Source: Bacillota bacterium (GTDB lineage: Bacteria > Bacillota > Sulfobacillia > JBFLWA01). Taken from it: 64,000 nucleotides of DNA. Below are positions 29,126-38,893 of the stretch, one piece after another (positions within the stretch are counted from its first letter, which is position 1; every line of letters starts with the position of its first letter). The position numbers and the translations under genes are program-made. Location of the stretch: NCBI GenBank assembly GCA_040758135.1, contig JBFLWA010000004.1, positions 76,759-140,758 on the forward strand, given 5' to 3'. The notes beneath the pieces were generated by a model that saw only the letters and a list, made by a program, of their open reading frames with translations, was not told the DNA's origin and made no database searches.

Positions 29126-29785
29126 GGTGCCAACAGCTTATCACCAGCCAGGGCCACACCGCCCCCAATGACCACCCGCTCCGGGCTGAGCACCGCCAGC
29201 GCGCTGGCCAGCCCGATCCCCAGGAACTCGCCGGTCCCATAGGCGCTGGGGCAGCGGATCACCCCGGTCGGCCGCTTGCGAGACCAGCGTGGCGGTGAGG
29301 CGGTCCGGATCCTGGCCGCAGAGCGACCAGAGCAGTGATTCCGGGTGCCGGCGCAGTGCCTGCCGGGCGCGCCGGACGATGGCCGGCGCCGAGGCGTACT
29401 GCCCCAGACAGCCGTTGTTGCCGCAGTTGCAGACTGGGCCATCCCGGTCGACAGTGATATGTCCGACCTCGCCGGCGCTCTGGGTGTAGCCCCGCCAGAG
29501 ACGCCCGTCGAGGATAATCCCGGAGCCGATGCCGGTCCCCAGAGTCAGACAGAGCCGGGAACGCACACCCTGCCCGGCTCCAAATAGGTACTCGCCTCGG
29601 GTGGCGGCCCGCACACCGTTATCGATGGCCACCAGGCAGCCGTGGGCCTCCCGGAAGAAGACCGCCACCGGCCAATCCTCCCAGCCGGGGAGATTCGGCG
29701 TATCTCCTCCGGCCGACGGCCAGGCTGACCGATTGCCCCCCCCCCCGGCAATCTTGGTCCCGCCCAGATCAATGCCTACATACAC
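29100..29785 (-). pseudogene. ROK-family sugar kinase, internally deleted and frameshifted
   Basis: MYVGIDLGGTKIAGG jumps directly to NLPGWEDWPV, so about 40-50 aa appear to be missing. The junction sits at an 11-nt homopolymer (29736-29746). The zinc motif GHITVDRDGPVCNCGNNGCL is intact. The C-terminal EFLGIGLASALAVLSPERVVIGGGVALAG is in a different frame. Confidence 0.65.
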
Positions 29786-30284
29786 ATTACCACTCCGGCC
29801 TGCCCCGATTTTTTCAGGCTGGTCTTCGCCCTTGCTCGGGTAAATCCTCCACTTTTCGGCGCTACTACCATGCCCATTGGTGAGCTATCCTTGTGATCAA
29901 CATCTTTAAACAGAAAACCGGACTCCGCGGTCCGGTTTGAGAAAGAGAGCATTTTTCACTACATTGGTCGTTTGGGCCAAGTTCGGTGCAGTTGTCCGAT
30001 GGCCACTATCAGGCCATACAAGAAACGCCATCCCCAGGCAAACAGAACGAGAGTCGGCAGCCAACGGAAGAGGATCATTCCAGCACCTCCTCAATATAGT
30101 TTATGGTCTGGAGCAAGCTGGAATAACCGTGAAAAAGGGTGTAAAGTAGCTTTAATATTATGTTAACAATTCAAGAGAGCAGAAAACCCGGAGATACCTG
30201 CGGATTTATTGGTTTGCCCATCTGCGCTTTGTTTCGTATACTGAAATCCATGTTAAAGAAAAACAGCAACTAAGGGAGGGTTTG

Positions 30285-30992
30285 ATGATGCTGAAGAGAG
30301 CCGCTGTGCTACTGCTGGCTCTGGTGGTGATCCTGACCGTTCTGCCGCAGGGCACGGCCGGTGCTGCTACCCTGGGCCAACGGGTCCTGAGCTATGGAGA
30401 GCGCGGCTATGATGTAGCCCAGCTCCAGCGCAAGCTGAATGGCTGGGGTTACTGGTCGGGACCGGCGGACGGCATATTCGGCCACCAGACCTACCGCGGT
30501 GTTCTGAACTTCCAGCGAACCAACGGCCTGCCCGCTGATGGCATTGTTGGGCCGGTCACCCTGCGGGCTCTGGGCGTGACGCCCCGACTGGGCGGCGACC
30601 GCCTCTACTACCCGCGAGGCAGCTTCACCAAAGCCGAGGTTGACCTGCTGGCCCGACTCGTGAGCGCCGAAGCCAAGGGCGAGCCTTACATGGGCCAGGT
30701 AGCGGTAGCCGCCGTGGTTCTGAACCGCCTCTACCACCGGGACTTCCCCAACACCATGTGGGGCGTTATTTACGACTACCACGGGGCGATCCCGCAGTTT
30801 GACCCGGTGGTCAATGGCGAGATCAACCGGCCGGCCACCGACATCGCCCGACGAGCGACCATTGATGCATTGAACGGCTGGGATCCGACCAACGGGGCAC
30901 TGGTCTTCTACAACCCGTCCAAGACCACTAATCAGTGGGTGCGCAACCGCCCACTAGCCATCACCATCGGCGATCATGTGTTTAGATATTAA
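30285..30992 (+). CDS. sleB: spore cortex-lytic enzyme SleB-like (PG-binding domain plus Hydrolase_2 domain)
   Basis: Signal peptide, PG_binding_1 repeat (GYDVAQLQRKLNGWGYWSGPADGIFGHQTYRGVLNFQRTNGLPADGIVG) and a SleB catalytic region (LLARLVSAEAKGEPYMGQVAVAAVVLNRL). AGGGAGGG RBS. Confidence 0.85.
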   Translation: MMLKRAAVLLLALVVILTVLPQGTAGAATLGQRVLSYGERGYDVAQLQRKLNGWGYWSGPADGIFGHQTYRGVLNFQRTNGLPADGIVGPVTLRALGVTPRLGGDRLYYPRGSFTKAEVDLLARLVSAEAKGEPYMGQVAVAAVVLNRLYHRDFPNTMWGVIYDYHGAIPQFDPVVNGEINRPATDIARRATIDALNGWDPTNGALVFYNPSKTTNQWVRNRPLAITIGDHVFRY

Positions 30993-31142
30993 TGCGCATG
31001 CATGTTACAATCCAGGGCAGTCCGAACGGGCTGCCCTGGCTCTGTTATGCACCCGGAGCTTCCTTCTCGCCAACCCACCGCCAATCTGCTAGAATAGCTG
31101 TGAGACTAAACCCCAGCTTCATCGGGGACAGGGAGGCCAGAC

Positions 31143-32039
31143 ATGCCGCGCGAGACCGCCCATCGAGGCTGCCTGCTGGTCCTCATCTCCTCGTTGGGCT
31201 ACGGCACCCTGGGGCTCTGGGGTAAGTTCGGCTACCGCCTGGGATTCACACCGCTATCCCTGCAGTCGGTTCGCTTCGCCATCGCCGCGCTCTTCCTCTG
31301 GCTGCTGGTGCTGGCCACTGAGAAGCGCCTGGCGGTCCCCAGAGGCTGGTGGCAGCTATGGCTGCAGGGCGGGTTGGGAATGGCCCCCACAGCCCTCTGC
31401 TTTTTCTACGCCCTGCACTACCTGCCGGTGGGGCTGGCCAGCATCCTCTTCTACCTGCACCCTCTTTTCACTAACCTGGCCGCTATTTGGGTATTCGGCG
31501 AAGCCTTTACCTCCCGCAAGGCGGCTGCGCTGACTCTGGCCATTGGGGGCGCTGCCCTGCTGGCCAATGCGGCCACCGGCCAGGCGGTCCACCCGGCCGG
31601 CATCGCCTTCGCCCTGGGCGGCGCTTTAGCCTATTCTCTATTCAGCCTGGCCGGGCAGTCTACCTCCGGCTTGGCCTCCCCGCTGGTCCGCACCGCCCAT
31701 ATTACCCTGGCCTGTGCGGTCTCCATTAACTTGCTGGCCGGGACAAGCTGGTCGGCGCTGACGTCCCTGACCCCGGCCATGTGGGGAATCGCTGCCGGGC
31801 TGGGCCTGGTGGCGACCGTCATGGGGATGCTCTTCTACCTGTGGGGAATCACCTATATCGGTGCGACCCGGGCGGCCATTGTGGCCGCCGCCGAGCCGCT
31901 TAGCGGGGTACTCCTGGCCGCCCTGGTGCTGGGCGAACGGCTGACCGGCCTGCAGACCATGGGCGCGCTGCTGGTGGTGGGGGCCATACTCTGCCTGCAA
32001 CGGCCGGCCAAACGAGGTGATAAGCAGTGGAACTTCTGA
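31143..32039 (+). CDS. DMT-superfamily (EamA) transporter
   Basis: 298-aa ORF with 10 TM helices in two EamA halves. Overlaps the nagA start by 13 nt. Confidence 0.85.
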   Translation: MPRETAHRGCLLVLISSLGYGTLGLWGKFGYRLGFTPLSLQSVRFAIAALFLWLLVLATEKRLAVPRGWWQLWLQGGLGMAPTALCFFYALHYLPVGLASILFYLHPLFTNLAAIWVFGEAFTSRKAAALTLAIGGAALLANAATGQAVHPAGIAFALGGALAYSLFSLAGQSTSGLASPLVRTAHITLACAVSINLLAGTSWSALTSLTPAMWGIAAGLGLVATVMGMLFYLWGITYIGATRAAIVAAAEPLSGVLLAALVLGERLTGLQTMGALLVVGAILCLQRPAKRGDKQWNF

Positions 32040-33178
32040 TCGTCGGAGGCCGCATCGTTACCGAGACAGCTGTCCTGGATCCCGGCTGGCTGTTGGTTCG
32101 GAGTGGGACCATTGCCGCCATGGGGGCCGGACGCCCGCCAGGCATCGCGGGCACCACTCTGGACGCCCGCGACCTGACGGTGGTCCCGGGCTTCATCGAT
32201 TTACATACCCACGGGCGGGCCGGGCTGGATGTGATGGAGCCTTCAGCTGATGCCCTGAACCATTTGGGCCTGGCCATGGCGGCAACCGGGGTAGTTGCTT
32301 ATCTGGCCACCCTATGGGCGGCACCGATTACAACCTTGTCAACCCTGCTCGCCCGCTACTCCCTCCATCTGTCCGATCCGCCAACGGGCGCCCGGTGCTT
32401 GGGGCTACACCTGGAGGGGCCCTACCTCAACCCGGCCCGGCGGGGCGCCCAGCCCCTGCCCGCTCTGGCCCAGGCTAACCCGGCCGCCCTACTGCAGCTG
32501 GGCGCCGAATACCGGGGGCTGATCCGCCTGGTCACCCTGGCCCCGGAGCTACCAATGGGGCAAGAAATTGTCACCGAACTGACCAAACAAGGAATCATCG
32601 TCTCCCTGGGCCACTCGGAGGCCAGCTACGAACAGGCTCAGGCCGCCGTTGAGGCCGGCCTGAGTCATTGCACCCATACTTATAATGCTCTCCCCGCCCT
32701 GCACCATCGGGCGCCGGGAGCGCTGGGGGCGCTGCTCACCGATGACCGGGTGAGCTGCGAGATCATTGCCGACCTGCACCATGTGCACCCGGCCGCCATT
32801 CGGCTCCTGGTGCAGGCCAAGGGACTAGACCGGGTGGTGGCGATCACCGACTCCATCCCGGCCGCCGGGTTGCCGGATGGCGAGTACTGTATGGCCAGGC
32901 AAGTAATAACGGTGGCCAACAGCACAGCCCGCTTAACCACCGGGGAGTTGGCCGGAAGCCTCATCTCCATGAACCAGGCTTTGCGCAATCTGGTGGAGGT
33001 GGTCGGACTTTCGCTGCCCGAGGCGATCAGACTGACCAGCGCCAACCCGGCTCGCCGCCTGGGGATGGCAGGTCGCGGCCTCATCGCCGCCGGCTACCGG
33101 GCCGACCTGGCCTTCCTGGACCAAGCTTACCGGGTCAGGCAGACCCTGCTGGATGGTCTCACCGTCTACCAGGGCTGA
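32027..33178 (+). CDS. nagA: N-acetylglucosamine-6-phosphate deacetylase
   Basis: 383-aa ORF with VVPGFIDLHTHG, SLGHSEA, THTYNA and the typical C-terminal ADLAFLD. Confidence 0.9.
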   Translation: MELLIVGGRIVTETAVLDPGWLLVRSGTIAAMGAGRPPGIAGTTLDARDLTVVPGFIDLHTHGRAGLDVMEPSADALNHLGLAMAATGVVAYLATLWAAPITTLSTLLARYSLHLSDPPTGARCLGLHLEGPYLNPARRGAQPLPALAQANPAALLQLGAEYRGLIRLVTLAPELPMGQEIVTELTKQGIIVSLGHSEASYEQAQAAVEAGLSHCTHTYNALPALHHRAPGALGALLTDDRVSCEIIADLHHVHPAAIRLLVQAKGLDRVVAITDSIPAAGLPDGEYCMARQVITVANSTARLTTGELAGSLISMNQALRNLVEVVGLSLPEAIRLTSANPARRLGMAGRGLIAAGYRADLAFLDQAYRVRQTLLDGLTVYQG

Positions 33179-33302
33179 GGCCCGGCAGACCAGGCAGTCA
33201 ATCAGGTGACTTTCAATCTTCATAATCTCTTGACATTGTCCCGACAACTTCTCGAGAGACGCTGGTTAAAATGAGCCCAAGAACTCTGTAGGAGGTGGCA
33301 AA

Positions 33303-34010
33303 ATGAAGAAAGGCATGCTGGTTTCGTTGATTGTCGGTTTGCTGGCTCTGGCGCTGGCTGTGCCGGCCTTCGCCTGGGGCGGCGATCCGGCCGCCGAGCC
33401 GTCCGGCCTTGCCCTCGGCCGCCAGGGTAAGGGCATGGGCCCGGCCCGCTTCGGCTTCGGTATGATCAGAGTCTTGGGCGATATGCTGGGCCTGACCCCA
33501 GCCGACCTGGCCAGCCAGATCACTGAAGGGATGACCTTTGCTCAACTGGCTGAGGCCAATGGCATCAGCTCCGAGCAGCTGGTCCAGGAGACGGTCAAGG
33601 AGACCATGACCCGAGTCGAGGCGAAAGTGCAGGAACGGATCAACCAGCCGATTCCGCCCCGTCCCAAGCCGGGCCAGGGCAACCAAAACGGCCAGCGCAA
33701 GTCGCCCCACAGCCCGATGGTTGGTCTGCCGGGCCGCCAGGTGGTGGTGACCGTGGCCGAGCTGATGAAGCTCGAGCCCAGCGCCGTTCTGGCCGAACTG
33801 CGCACCGGCAAGTCGTTGGTCCAGATCGGGGCCGAGCGCGGAGTGACCGAGGCAGCCATGCTGGAAGCCTGTCTGGTCCCGCTCCGGGATAGGATCGACC
33901 TGGCCGTAGCCGAGGGTAAGATCACCCAGGAGCGCTCCGCCGAGCTGCTTCAGAACTGCACCACCCAGATCACCAAGGCGCTCAACTTCGTGCCCAAGAC
34001 CGGCAACTAA
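33303..34010 (+). CDS. secreted protein with two internal ~50-aa helical repeats, function unknown
   Basis: Signal peptide MKKGMLVSLIVGLLALALAVPAFA. The repeats LTPADLASQITEGMTFAQLAEANGISSEQLVQE and LEPSAVLAELRTGKSLVQIGAERGVTEAAMLEA are separated by a Pro/Gly/Gln linker. Confidence 0.6.
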   Translation: MKKGMLVSLIVGLLALALAVPAFAWGGDPAAEPSGLALGRQGKGMGPARFGFGMIRVLGDMLGLTPADLASQITEGMTFAQLAEANGISSEQLVQETVKETMTRVEAKVQERINQPIPPRPKPGQGNQNGQRKSPHSPMVGLPGRQVVVTVAELMKLEPSAVLAELRTGKSLVQIGAERGVTEAAMLEACLVPLRDRIDLAVAEGKITQERSAELLQNCTTQITKALNFVPKTGN

Positions 34011-34130
34011 GAGCTAGAGCCAAACGCAGTAGGCAGTTGCAGCTAAAGACGACAAAGGCAGAGCCCGGTTGACGGGTTCTGCCTCCTCCCCAACAGGGCC
34101 GCGGCCACCGCGGCCCTACTTCTTTCCTCT

Positions 34131-34268
34131 TCAGTCGTTTCCCTCATCCTCCTGCACTGGGAAGGCCGCCCGCAGCAGGCGGATCAACATCCCCACCACG
34201 AGCATGAAGCCGAGAATCACCGGCATGCTGATGAGCGTCACCCTTACCGTCTCGCCGAAGACATTCAT
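34131..34268 (-). CDS. 45-aa single-TM protein, OadG-like (decarboxylase gamma-subunit-like); absent from the ORF track
   Basis: My own translation gives MNVFGETVRVTLISMPVILGFMLVVGMLIRLLRAAFPVQEDEGND. AGGAGGTGA lies 5 nt upstream of the ATG, and the gene starts 12 nt after the oadB stop. Confidence 0.5.
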   Translation of the reverse strand: MNVFGETVRVTLISMPVILGFMLVVGMLIRLLRAAFPVQEDEGND

Positions 34269-34280
34269 TGCGCTCACCTC

Positions 34281-35381
34281 CTACTTGACCAAGGCCAGGA
34301 TCAGCCCGCCGGCCATGATGGAGGCCAACTGGCCGGCCACATTGGCGCTGGCCGCGTGCATGATCAGGAAGTTGTGCGGATCCTCCTTGAGCCCCATCTT
34401 GTGGACCACCCGGGCCGACATGGGGAAAGCCGAGATACCGCAGGCGCCGATCATCGGGTTGATCTTGCGCGGCATGAACAGGTTGAGCCCCTTGGCGAAG
34501 AGCACACCGGCCGCGGTATCGGCGATGAAGGCGATGAGCCCCATGCCGATGATCATCAGCACCTCCGGGGTCAGGAAGCGGTAGGCACTCATGGTGGAAC
34601 CGATGGTAATCCCCAAGAGCAGGGTGACCAGGTTGGCCAGCTCCTCCTGGGCTGCCCGGGAGAGGCGCTCCAGCACCCCGCACTCCCGGATCAGGTTGCC
34701 GAACATCAGTGAGCCAACCAGGGCCACACTGATGGGGGCGATAATCCCGGCCAGGACGGTAACGACAATGGGGAATAGGATTCTGACCGTCTTGGAGATC
34801 TTGACATCGTGGTACTCCATGCGAATCCGGCGCTCGGCCGGAGTAGTCAGGGCCCGGATGACCGGCGGCTGGATAATGGGGACCAGAGCCATGTAAGAGT
34901 AGGCGGCTACCGAGATGGCGCCCAGGTAATGCTGGGCAAAGCGGGTCGCCACATAAATGGAGGTGGGGCCGTCAGCCGTTCCGATAATACCAATGGAGGC
35001 TGCCTCTTTCAGGCTAAAGCCAAATTTGGCAGCCAGCATCATGGTGAAGAAGATGCCGAACTGAGCTGCCCCGCCGAACAGCAGCATGATAGGCATGCGC
35101 AGCAGGGGAGTAAAATCGATCATTGCCCCGACGGCGATGAAAATCAGGATAGGGAAGAGCTCGGTGAGGATCCCGGCATTGAAGAGCACTGTCAAGAACC
35201 CATGCTCGCCGATGGCCGAGGAAAACGGGATGTTGGCCAGGATGGCGCCGAAACCGATGGGCAGGAGAAGCATGGGCTCGTAGTCTTTCTTGATGGCCAG
35301 GTAGATTAGGATCCCGCCCACGGCAAACATGATGACATTACCGATGGTCAGGCCGCGCAGGCCGATCAACAGTTCACTCAT
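34281..35381 (-). CDS. oadB: sodium ion-translocating decarboxylase beta subunit (OadB/GcdB/MmdB family)
   Basis: 366-aa polytopic ORF with the family-typical N-terminus (IGNVIMFAVGGILIYLAIKKDYEPMLLLPIGFGAILANIP) and GTADGPTSIY. Confidence 0.9.
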   Translation of the reverse strand: MSELLIGLRGLTIGNVIMFAVGGILIYLAIKKDYEPMLLLPIGFGAILANIPFSSAIGEHGFLTVLFNAGILTELFPILIFIAVGAMIDFTPLLRMPIMLLFGGAAQFGIFFTMMLAAKFGFSLKEAASIGIIGTADGPTSIYVATRFAQHYLGAISVAAYSYMALVPIIQPPVIRALTTPAERRIRMEYHDVKISKTVRILFPIVVTVLAGIIAPISVALVGSLMFGNLIRECGVLERLSRAAQEELANLVTLLLGITIGSTMSAYRFLTPEVLMIIGMGLIAFIADTAAGVLFAKGLNLFMPRKINPMIGACGISAFPMSARVVHKMGLKEDPHNFLIMHAASANVAGQLASIMAGGLILALVK

Positions 35382-35423
35382 AGCCTTTACACCTCCGGTC
35401 CTAAATGGGGATAGCGGGGATAA

Positions 35424-35466
35424 GAAAAAGACTCTTAACAGAAGACAGGGCTCCTGTTAAAAGTCT
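35424..35466 (-). terminator. intrinsic terminator within the oadB 5' leader
   Basis: Minus strand: AGACTTTTAACAG, a 12-nt loop, CTGTTAAGAGTCT, then TTTTTC. The stem is 13 bp with one G-U pair. It lies about 45 nt upstream of the oadB ATG and about 90 nt downstream of the predicted promoter. Confidence 0.7.
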
Positions 35467-35565
35467 CACCCGCTTGGTGTGCACCAAACCTGCAGGCCAG
35501 GGACTCGGTAAGTCCAGTGGTGTTGACCCGGCAGCTTATGGGTTACTCCCCTTTAACACAAGATG

Positions 35566-35595
35566 ATGATAACACGCCATCTGGCGCAGTGTCAA
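35566..35595 (-). promoter_or_regulatory. sigma-A-type promoter of the oadB leader
   Basis: TTGACA (35595-35590), an 18-nt spacer, then extended -10 TGtTATCAT (-10 hexamer at 35571-35566). Confidence 0.65.
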
Positions 35596-35678
35596 CGAAG
35601 ACAAGCCCAGAGTGTCTGTCACGCAGAGTTGGGTAATCTATCGGATTCCCGAAGTGAGCGTTCTTGAAAAACTGTTTC

Positions 35679-36444
35679 TCAGGCTGGCAAACTGAGCTTT
35701 CTAATTAGCCGCGACAGGCCGCCCGAGGCCGTGGTGCCGGCCGAGCGAATCAGTGGATGTGCCTGTTTGAACTGGAATGTTTCGGCGATCTCTCTGGCAA
35801 CGTGACCAGCTCCCGCTCTCAGCCGCTTCTCTACCTTCTCCAGTGTAGTCTGGTTAAGCTCCTCGCTGGCCTGTTCCAGCCGCCCTTCAAACTGCCTGGC
35901 CAGACTCTGGACGATCTGGTAGATCGCCCGGGGAAAGTACTTCACTCCCTCACAAATCCAACCGGCCCGGTCACCGTTAATCACTACCCAGGTCTTCTCA
36001 TCGATGCCGTAGATGCTGTAGAGTTTCCTGCTCGCCTCTTCCCAGAAGGCGACCTGGCCATCTGCCTCTACGAACAACACCGGCGCCTGGCGCTTCCCAT
36101 CCGGCTCATCACGGGCAGCCTCGTCATCCCTCTCTACCCGCTCCCCAAGCCTTAGAAATGGTCCCTGGACCCCCAACATGGCCACCAGTGCGCCAAGACC
36201 GGGAGCGACTCGCTGCCCCTCGGCAAGGCTCAGCATCTCGTCTGATCTCGTACCTCTGTTTGTCCCGCTCTTCGGCAATCCGGTCATCAATCGCCTGGAG
36301 GATCTGGGCCATACCTTCAGCCATCACTTCCAAGAACCTGCCAAATACTGCGCGCTCCAGTTCCCAGAAGGATATCCCGACTGCACCCTGAATGCTATCC
36401 ATGACGAGAGCACCGACCTCCTTTGTGTTGGCCTTAGCAACCAT
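35679..36444 (-). mobile_element. degenerate ISLre2/UPF0236-family transposase remnant
   Basis: The N-terminal fragment MVAKANTKEVGALVMDSIQGAVGISFWELERAVF... (36124-36444) continues out of frame as ...VLFVEADG...WVVINGDRAGWI... (35679-36290). There is at least one frameshift and apparent internal deletions. No terminal repeats were identified. Confidence 0.55.
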
Positions 36445-36553
36445 TCACTCCGGGAGAAGGTGCTTCTCGTCCTTGTTTTTGTCCTCAATTACCCAACTAT
36501 ACTTTACTCATACAGCCCGGAGGGCGGTGGATTGCCGCCCCGGCGACCGGCCG

Positions 36554-37027
36554 TCAGGCCCGAAGCAGCCCCCGCAGGTTAGCCATCTCAATGGCGGTCA
36601 GGGCCGCTTCCCAGCCCTTGTTGCCGCCCTTGGTGCCGGCCCGCTCGATGGCCTGTTCGATGGTGTCGGTGGTCAGGACCCCGAAGACGGTGGGAACCCC
36701 GGTCCCCAGCCCGACCTGGGCCACCCCCTTGGCCACCTCAGAGGCGACGAAATCGAAGTGCGGGGTGGCACCCCGAATCACCGCCCCCAGACAGATGACC
36801 GTGCTGTACTTACCGCTGCCTGCGGCGAGCTGGGCGGCCAGTGGGATCTCGAAGGCACCGGGAACCCAGATCACCTCCACATCCTCGGCCTGCACCCCGT
36901 GCCGGGTGAGGCAGTCCAGAGCCCCACTCAGGAGCTTGCTGGTGATAAACTCATTGAACCGGCTGAGGATGATCCCGAACCTCAGCCCTTCTCCCATCAG
37001 GTGACCTTCAATCACTTTGCTAGTCAC
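36554..37027 (-). CDS. ribH: 6,7-dimethyl-8-ribityllumazine synthase
   Basis: 157-aa ORF with VPGAFEIP and the conserved lumazine synthase core. It is the last gene of the rib operon. Confidence 0.95.
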   Translation of the reverse strand: MTSKVIEGHLMGEGLRFGIILSRFNEFITSKLLSGALDCLTRHGVQAEDVEVIWVPGAFEIPLAAQLAAGSGKYSTVICLGAVIRGATPHFDFVASEVAKGVAQVGLGTGVPTVFGVLTTDTIEQAIERAGTKGGNKGWEAALTAIEMANLRGLLRA

Positions 37028-37042
37028 TGCAGTTCTCCTCCC

Positions 37043-38242
37043 TTACTCCAGATGTCCGAGACGGGTTCGCTTGGTCTCCAAATACAACCGATTGCACTCG
37101 TGTTCGCCGGTCCACATGGGGATGCGCTCGACGATCTCTAGCCCATAGCCCTCCAGTCCCGCGAACTTGCGCGGGTTGTTGGACATCAACCGGATGCGCC
37201 TGACCCCCAGATCGGCCAGGATCTGGGCGCCGATACCGTAATCTCGCATGTCCGGCGGGAAGCCGAGCTTAAGGTTGGCCTCCACTGTGTCGTAGCCCTG
37301 GTCTTGTAGGGCGTAGGCCCTGATCTTGTTGGCCAGGCCGATCCCCCGCCCCTCCTGGCGCATGTAGAGGAGGACGCCGCGCCCTTCTTCCTCGATGCGC
37401 CGCAGGGCCCGGGCCAGCTGGTCACCGCAGTCGCAGCGCCGGGAGCCCAGCACATCGCCGGTCAGGCATTCGGAGTGGACCCGGACCAGAACCGGCCGGT
37501 CACTACTGACATCGCCCTTGGTGAGGGCCACATGCACCCGGCCGCTGAGCCGGTCCTCATAGGCAGTGAGCTCGAAGACCCCGTGGGCCGAAGGTAGGTT
37601 GACGGTGGCCACCCGCTCCACCATCCGCTCCCGCTGCATCCGGTATTCGACCAAGTCAGCAATGGTGATGATCTTTAGCTTGTGCTGGGCCGCGAACTCT
37701 AATAGCTGGGGAACGCGGGCCATGGTGCCATCCGGGTTCATGACTTCGCAGATAACCCCGGCCGGGTAGAGCCCAGCCAGCCGGGCCAGATCCACCGCCG
37801 CCTCGGTGTGCCCGGGGCGGCGCAGCACACCACCCTCCCGGGCCCGCAGTGGAAAGATGTGGCCGGGGCGGACGAAGTCATCGGGGCCGGCCGCTGGATC
37901 CAGGGCCCTGAGGATGGTCAGGGCCCGCTCGTGAGCGGAGATACCGGTGGTTGTCCCCTCCCGGGCATCGATGCTGACGGTGAAGGCGGTGCCCTGGTGG
38001 TCGCCGCACCCGGCGGTCATCAAGGGGATCCCTAACTGGTCCAGGCGCTCGCCGGTGAGGGGCAGACAGATGAGACCTCGGCCGTGGGTGGCCATGAAGT
38101 TGATGGCCTCGGGGGTGACCTTATCGGCCGCCATCAGCAGGTCGCCCTCATTCTCCCGGTCTTCGCTGTCGCAGACCACCACCATCTGCCCGGCGGCGAT
38201 GGCCTCTAGCGCTTCCTCAATTGTGTTGAACTTTGGCTCCAT
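37043..38242 (-). CDS. ribBA: bifunctional 3,4-dihydroxy-2-butanone-4-phosphate synthase / GTP cyclohydrolase II
   Basis: 399-aa ORF with [11 protein letters not shown] (DHBP synthase) and [21 protein letters not shown] (GCH II zinc site). Confidence 0.95.
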   Translation of the reverse strand: MEPKFNTIEEALEAIAAGQMVVVCDSEDRENEGDLLMAADKVTPEAINFMATHGRGLICLPLTGERLDQLGIPLMTAGCGDHQGTAFTVSIDAREGTTTGISAHERALTILRALDPAAGPDDFVRPGHIFPLRAREGGVLRRPGHTEAAVDLARLAGLYPAGVICEVMNPDGTMARVPQLLEFAAQHKLKIITIADLVEYRMQRERMVERVATVNLPSAHGVFELTAYEDRLSGRVHVALTKGDVSSDRPVLVRVHSECLTGDVLGSRRCDCGDQLARALRRIEEEGRGVLLYMRQEGRGIGLANKIRAYALQDQGYDTVEANLKLGFPPDMRDYGIGAQILADLGVRRIRLMSNNPRKFAGLEGYGLEIVERIPMWTGEHECNRLYLETKRTRLGHLE

Positions 38243-38257
38243 GATGATACCTCCTGC

Positions 38258-38893
38258 TCAGAACCCGAGTTCCTTCAGGCGCTCGGCGGTAAGGGGGCGC
38301 TGCCGCCCCGCCTCCCGGTAGCGGGTCAGGTATTTGGCAATCATATCGGCCTCCAGATTGACCAGGTCACCGGGGCGGCGGTCGCCCAGGTTGGTGACCT
38401 GCTGGGTATGGGGGATCAGGTCCACGGCCAGGCTGTCGGGGCGCCGGTCGGCGATGGTCAGGCTAACCCCGTCCACGGCGATGGAGCCCTTCTGGGCCAG
38501 GTAGGGGCGGACGGCTGGTGGGGCCAGGATCCAGAGCTCGGCCGAGGAGGCGCGCCGGTCGATGCGCAGCACCCGGCCGACGCCATCCACATGCCCCTGA
38601 ACCAAGTGGCCTTCGAGGTGCTGGTCGGCCCGGAGCGCCCGCTCCAGGTTGACCCGGCTTCCGCTCCGCAGCCAGCGGAGGTTGGTCTTCTCCACTGTCT
38701 CGGCCATAACATCAGCCTGAAACATATCGCCGGCCCGGTGGACTACCGTCAGGCAGACCCCGTTGACGGCAATACTATCGCCCACCGACGCGCTGGCGGT
38801 GGTGGCCGGGGCGACAATGGTCAGGCGCAGCTCGCCGGCCCTGGCCACGGCCCGGCGCACGGCCCCCACCTCGGTAATAAGTCCGGTGAACAT
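38258..38893 (-). CDS. ribE: riboflavin synthase alpha chain
   Basis: 211-aa ORF with an [11 protein letters not shown]-terminus and an internally duplicated barrel. Confidence 0.95.
   Translation of the reverse strand: MFTGLITEVGAVRRAVARAGELRLTIVAPATTASASVGDSIAVNGVCLTVVHRAGDMFQADVMAETVEKTNLRWLRSGSRVNLERALRADQHLEGHLVQGHVDGVGRVLRIDRRASSAELWILAPPAVRPYLAQKGSIAVDGVSLTIADRRPDSLAVDLIPHTQQVTNLGDRRPGDLVNLEADMIAKYLTRYREAGRQRPLTAERLKELGF

Noticed and set aside
29914-29937. Perfect 9-bp stem hairpin AAACCGGAC-N6-GTCCGGTTT resembling a bidirectional terminator
   Set aside because: It lies between two divergently oriented genes (ROK pseudogene and sleB), so no transcript ends here in the present arrangement. 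It is probably a relic of the decayed locus, so I did not call it a functional terminator.
29940-30284. Possible c-di-AMP (ydaO) riboswitch or sporulation-sigma promoter upstream of sleB
   Set aside because: The region is AT-richer, but I could not match the ydaO conserved blocks. I also found no convincing sigma-G or sigma-E -35/-10 pair at correct spacing.
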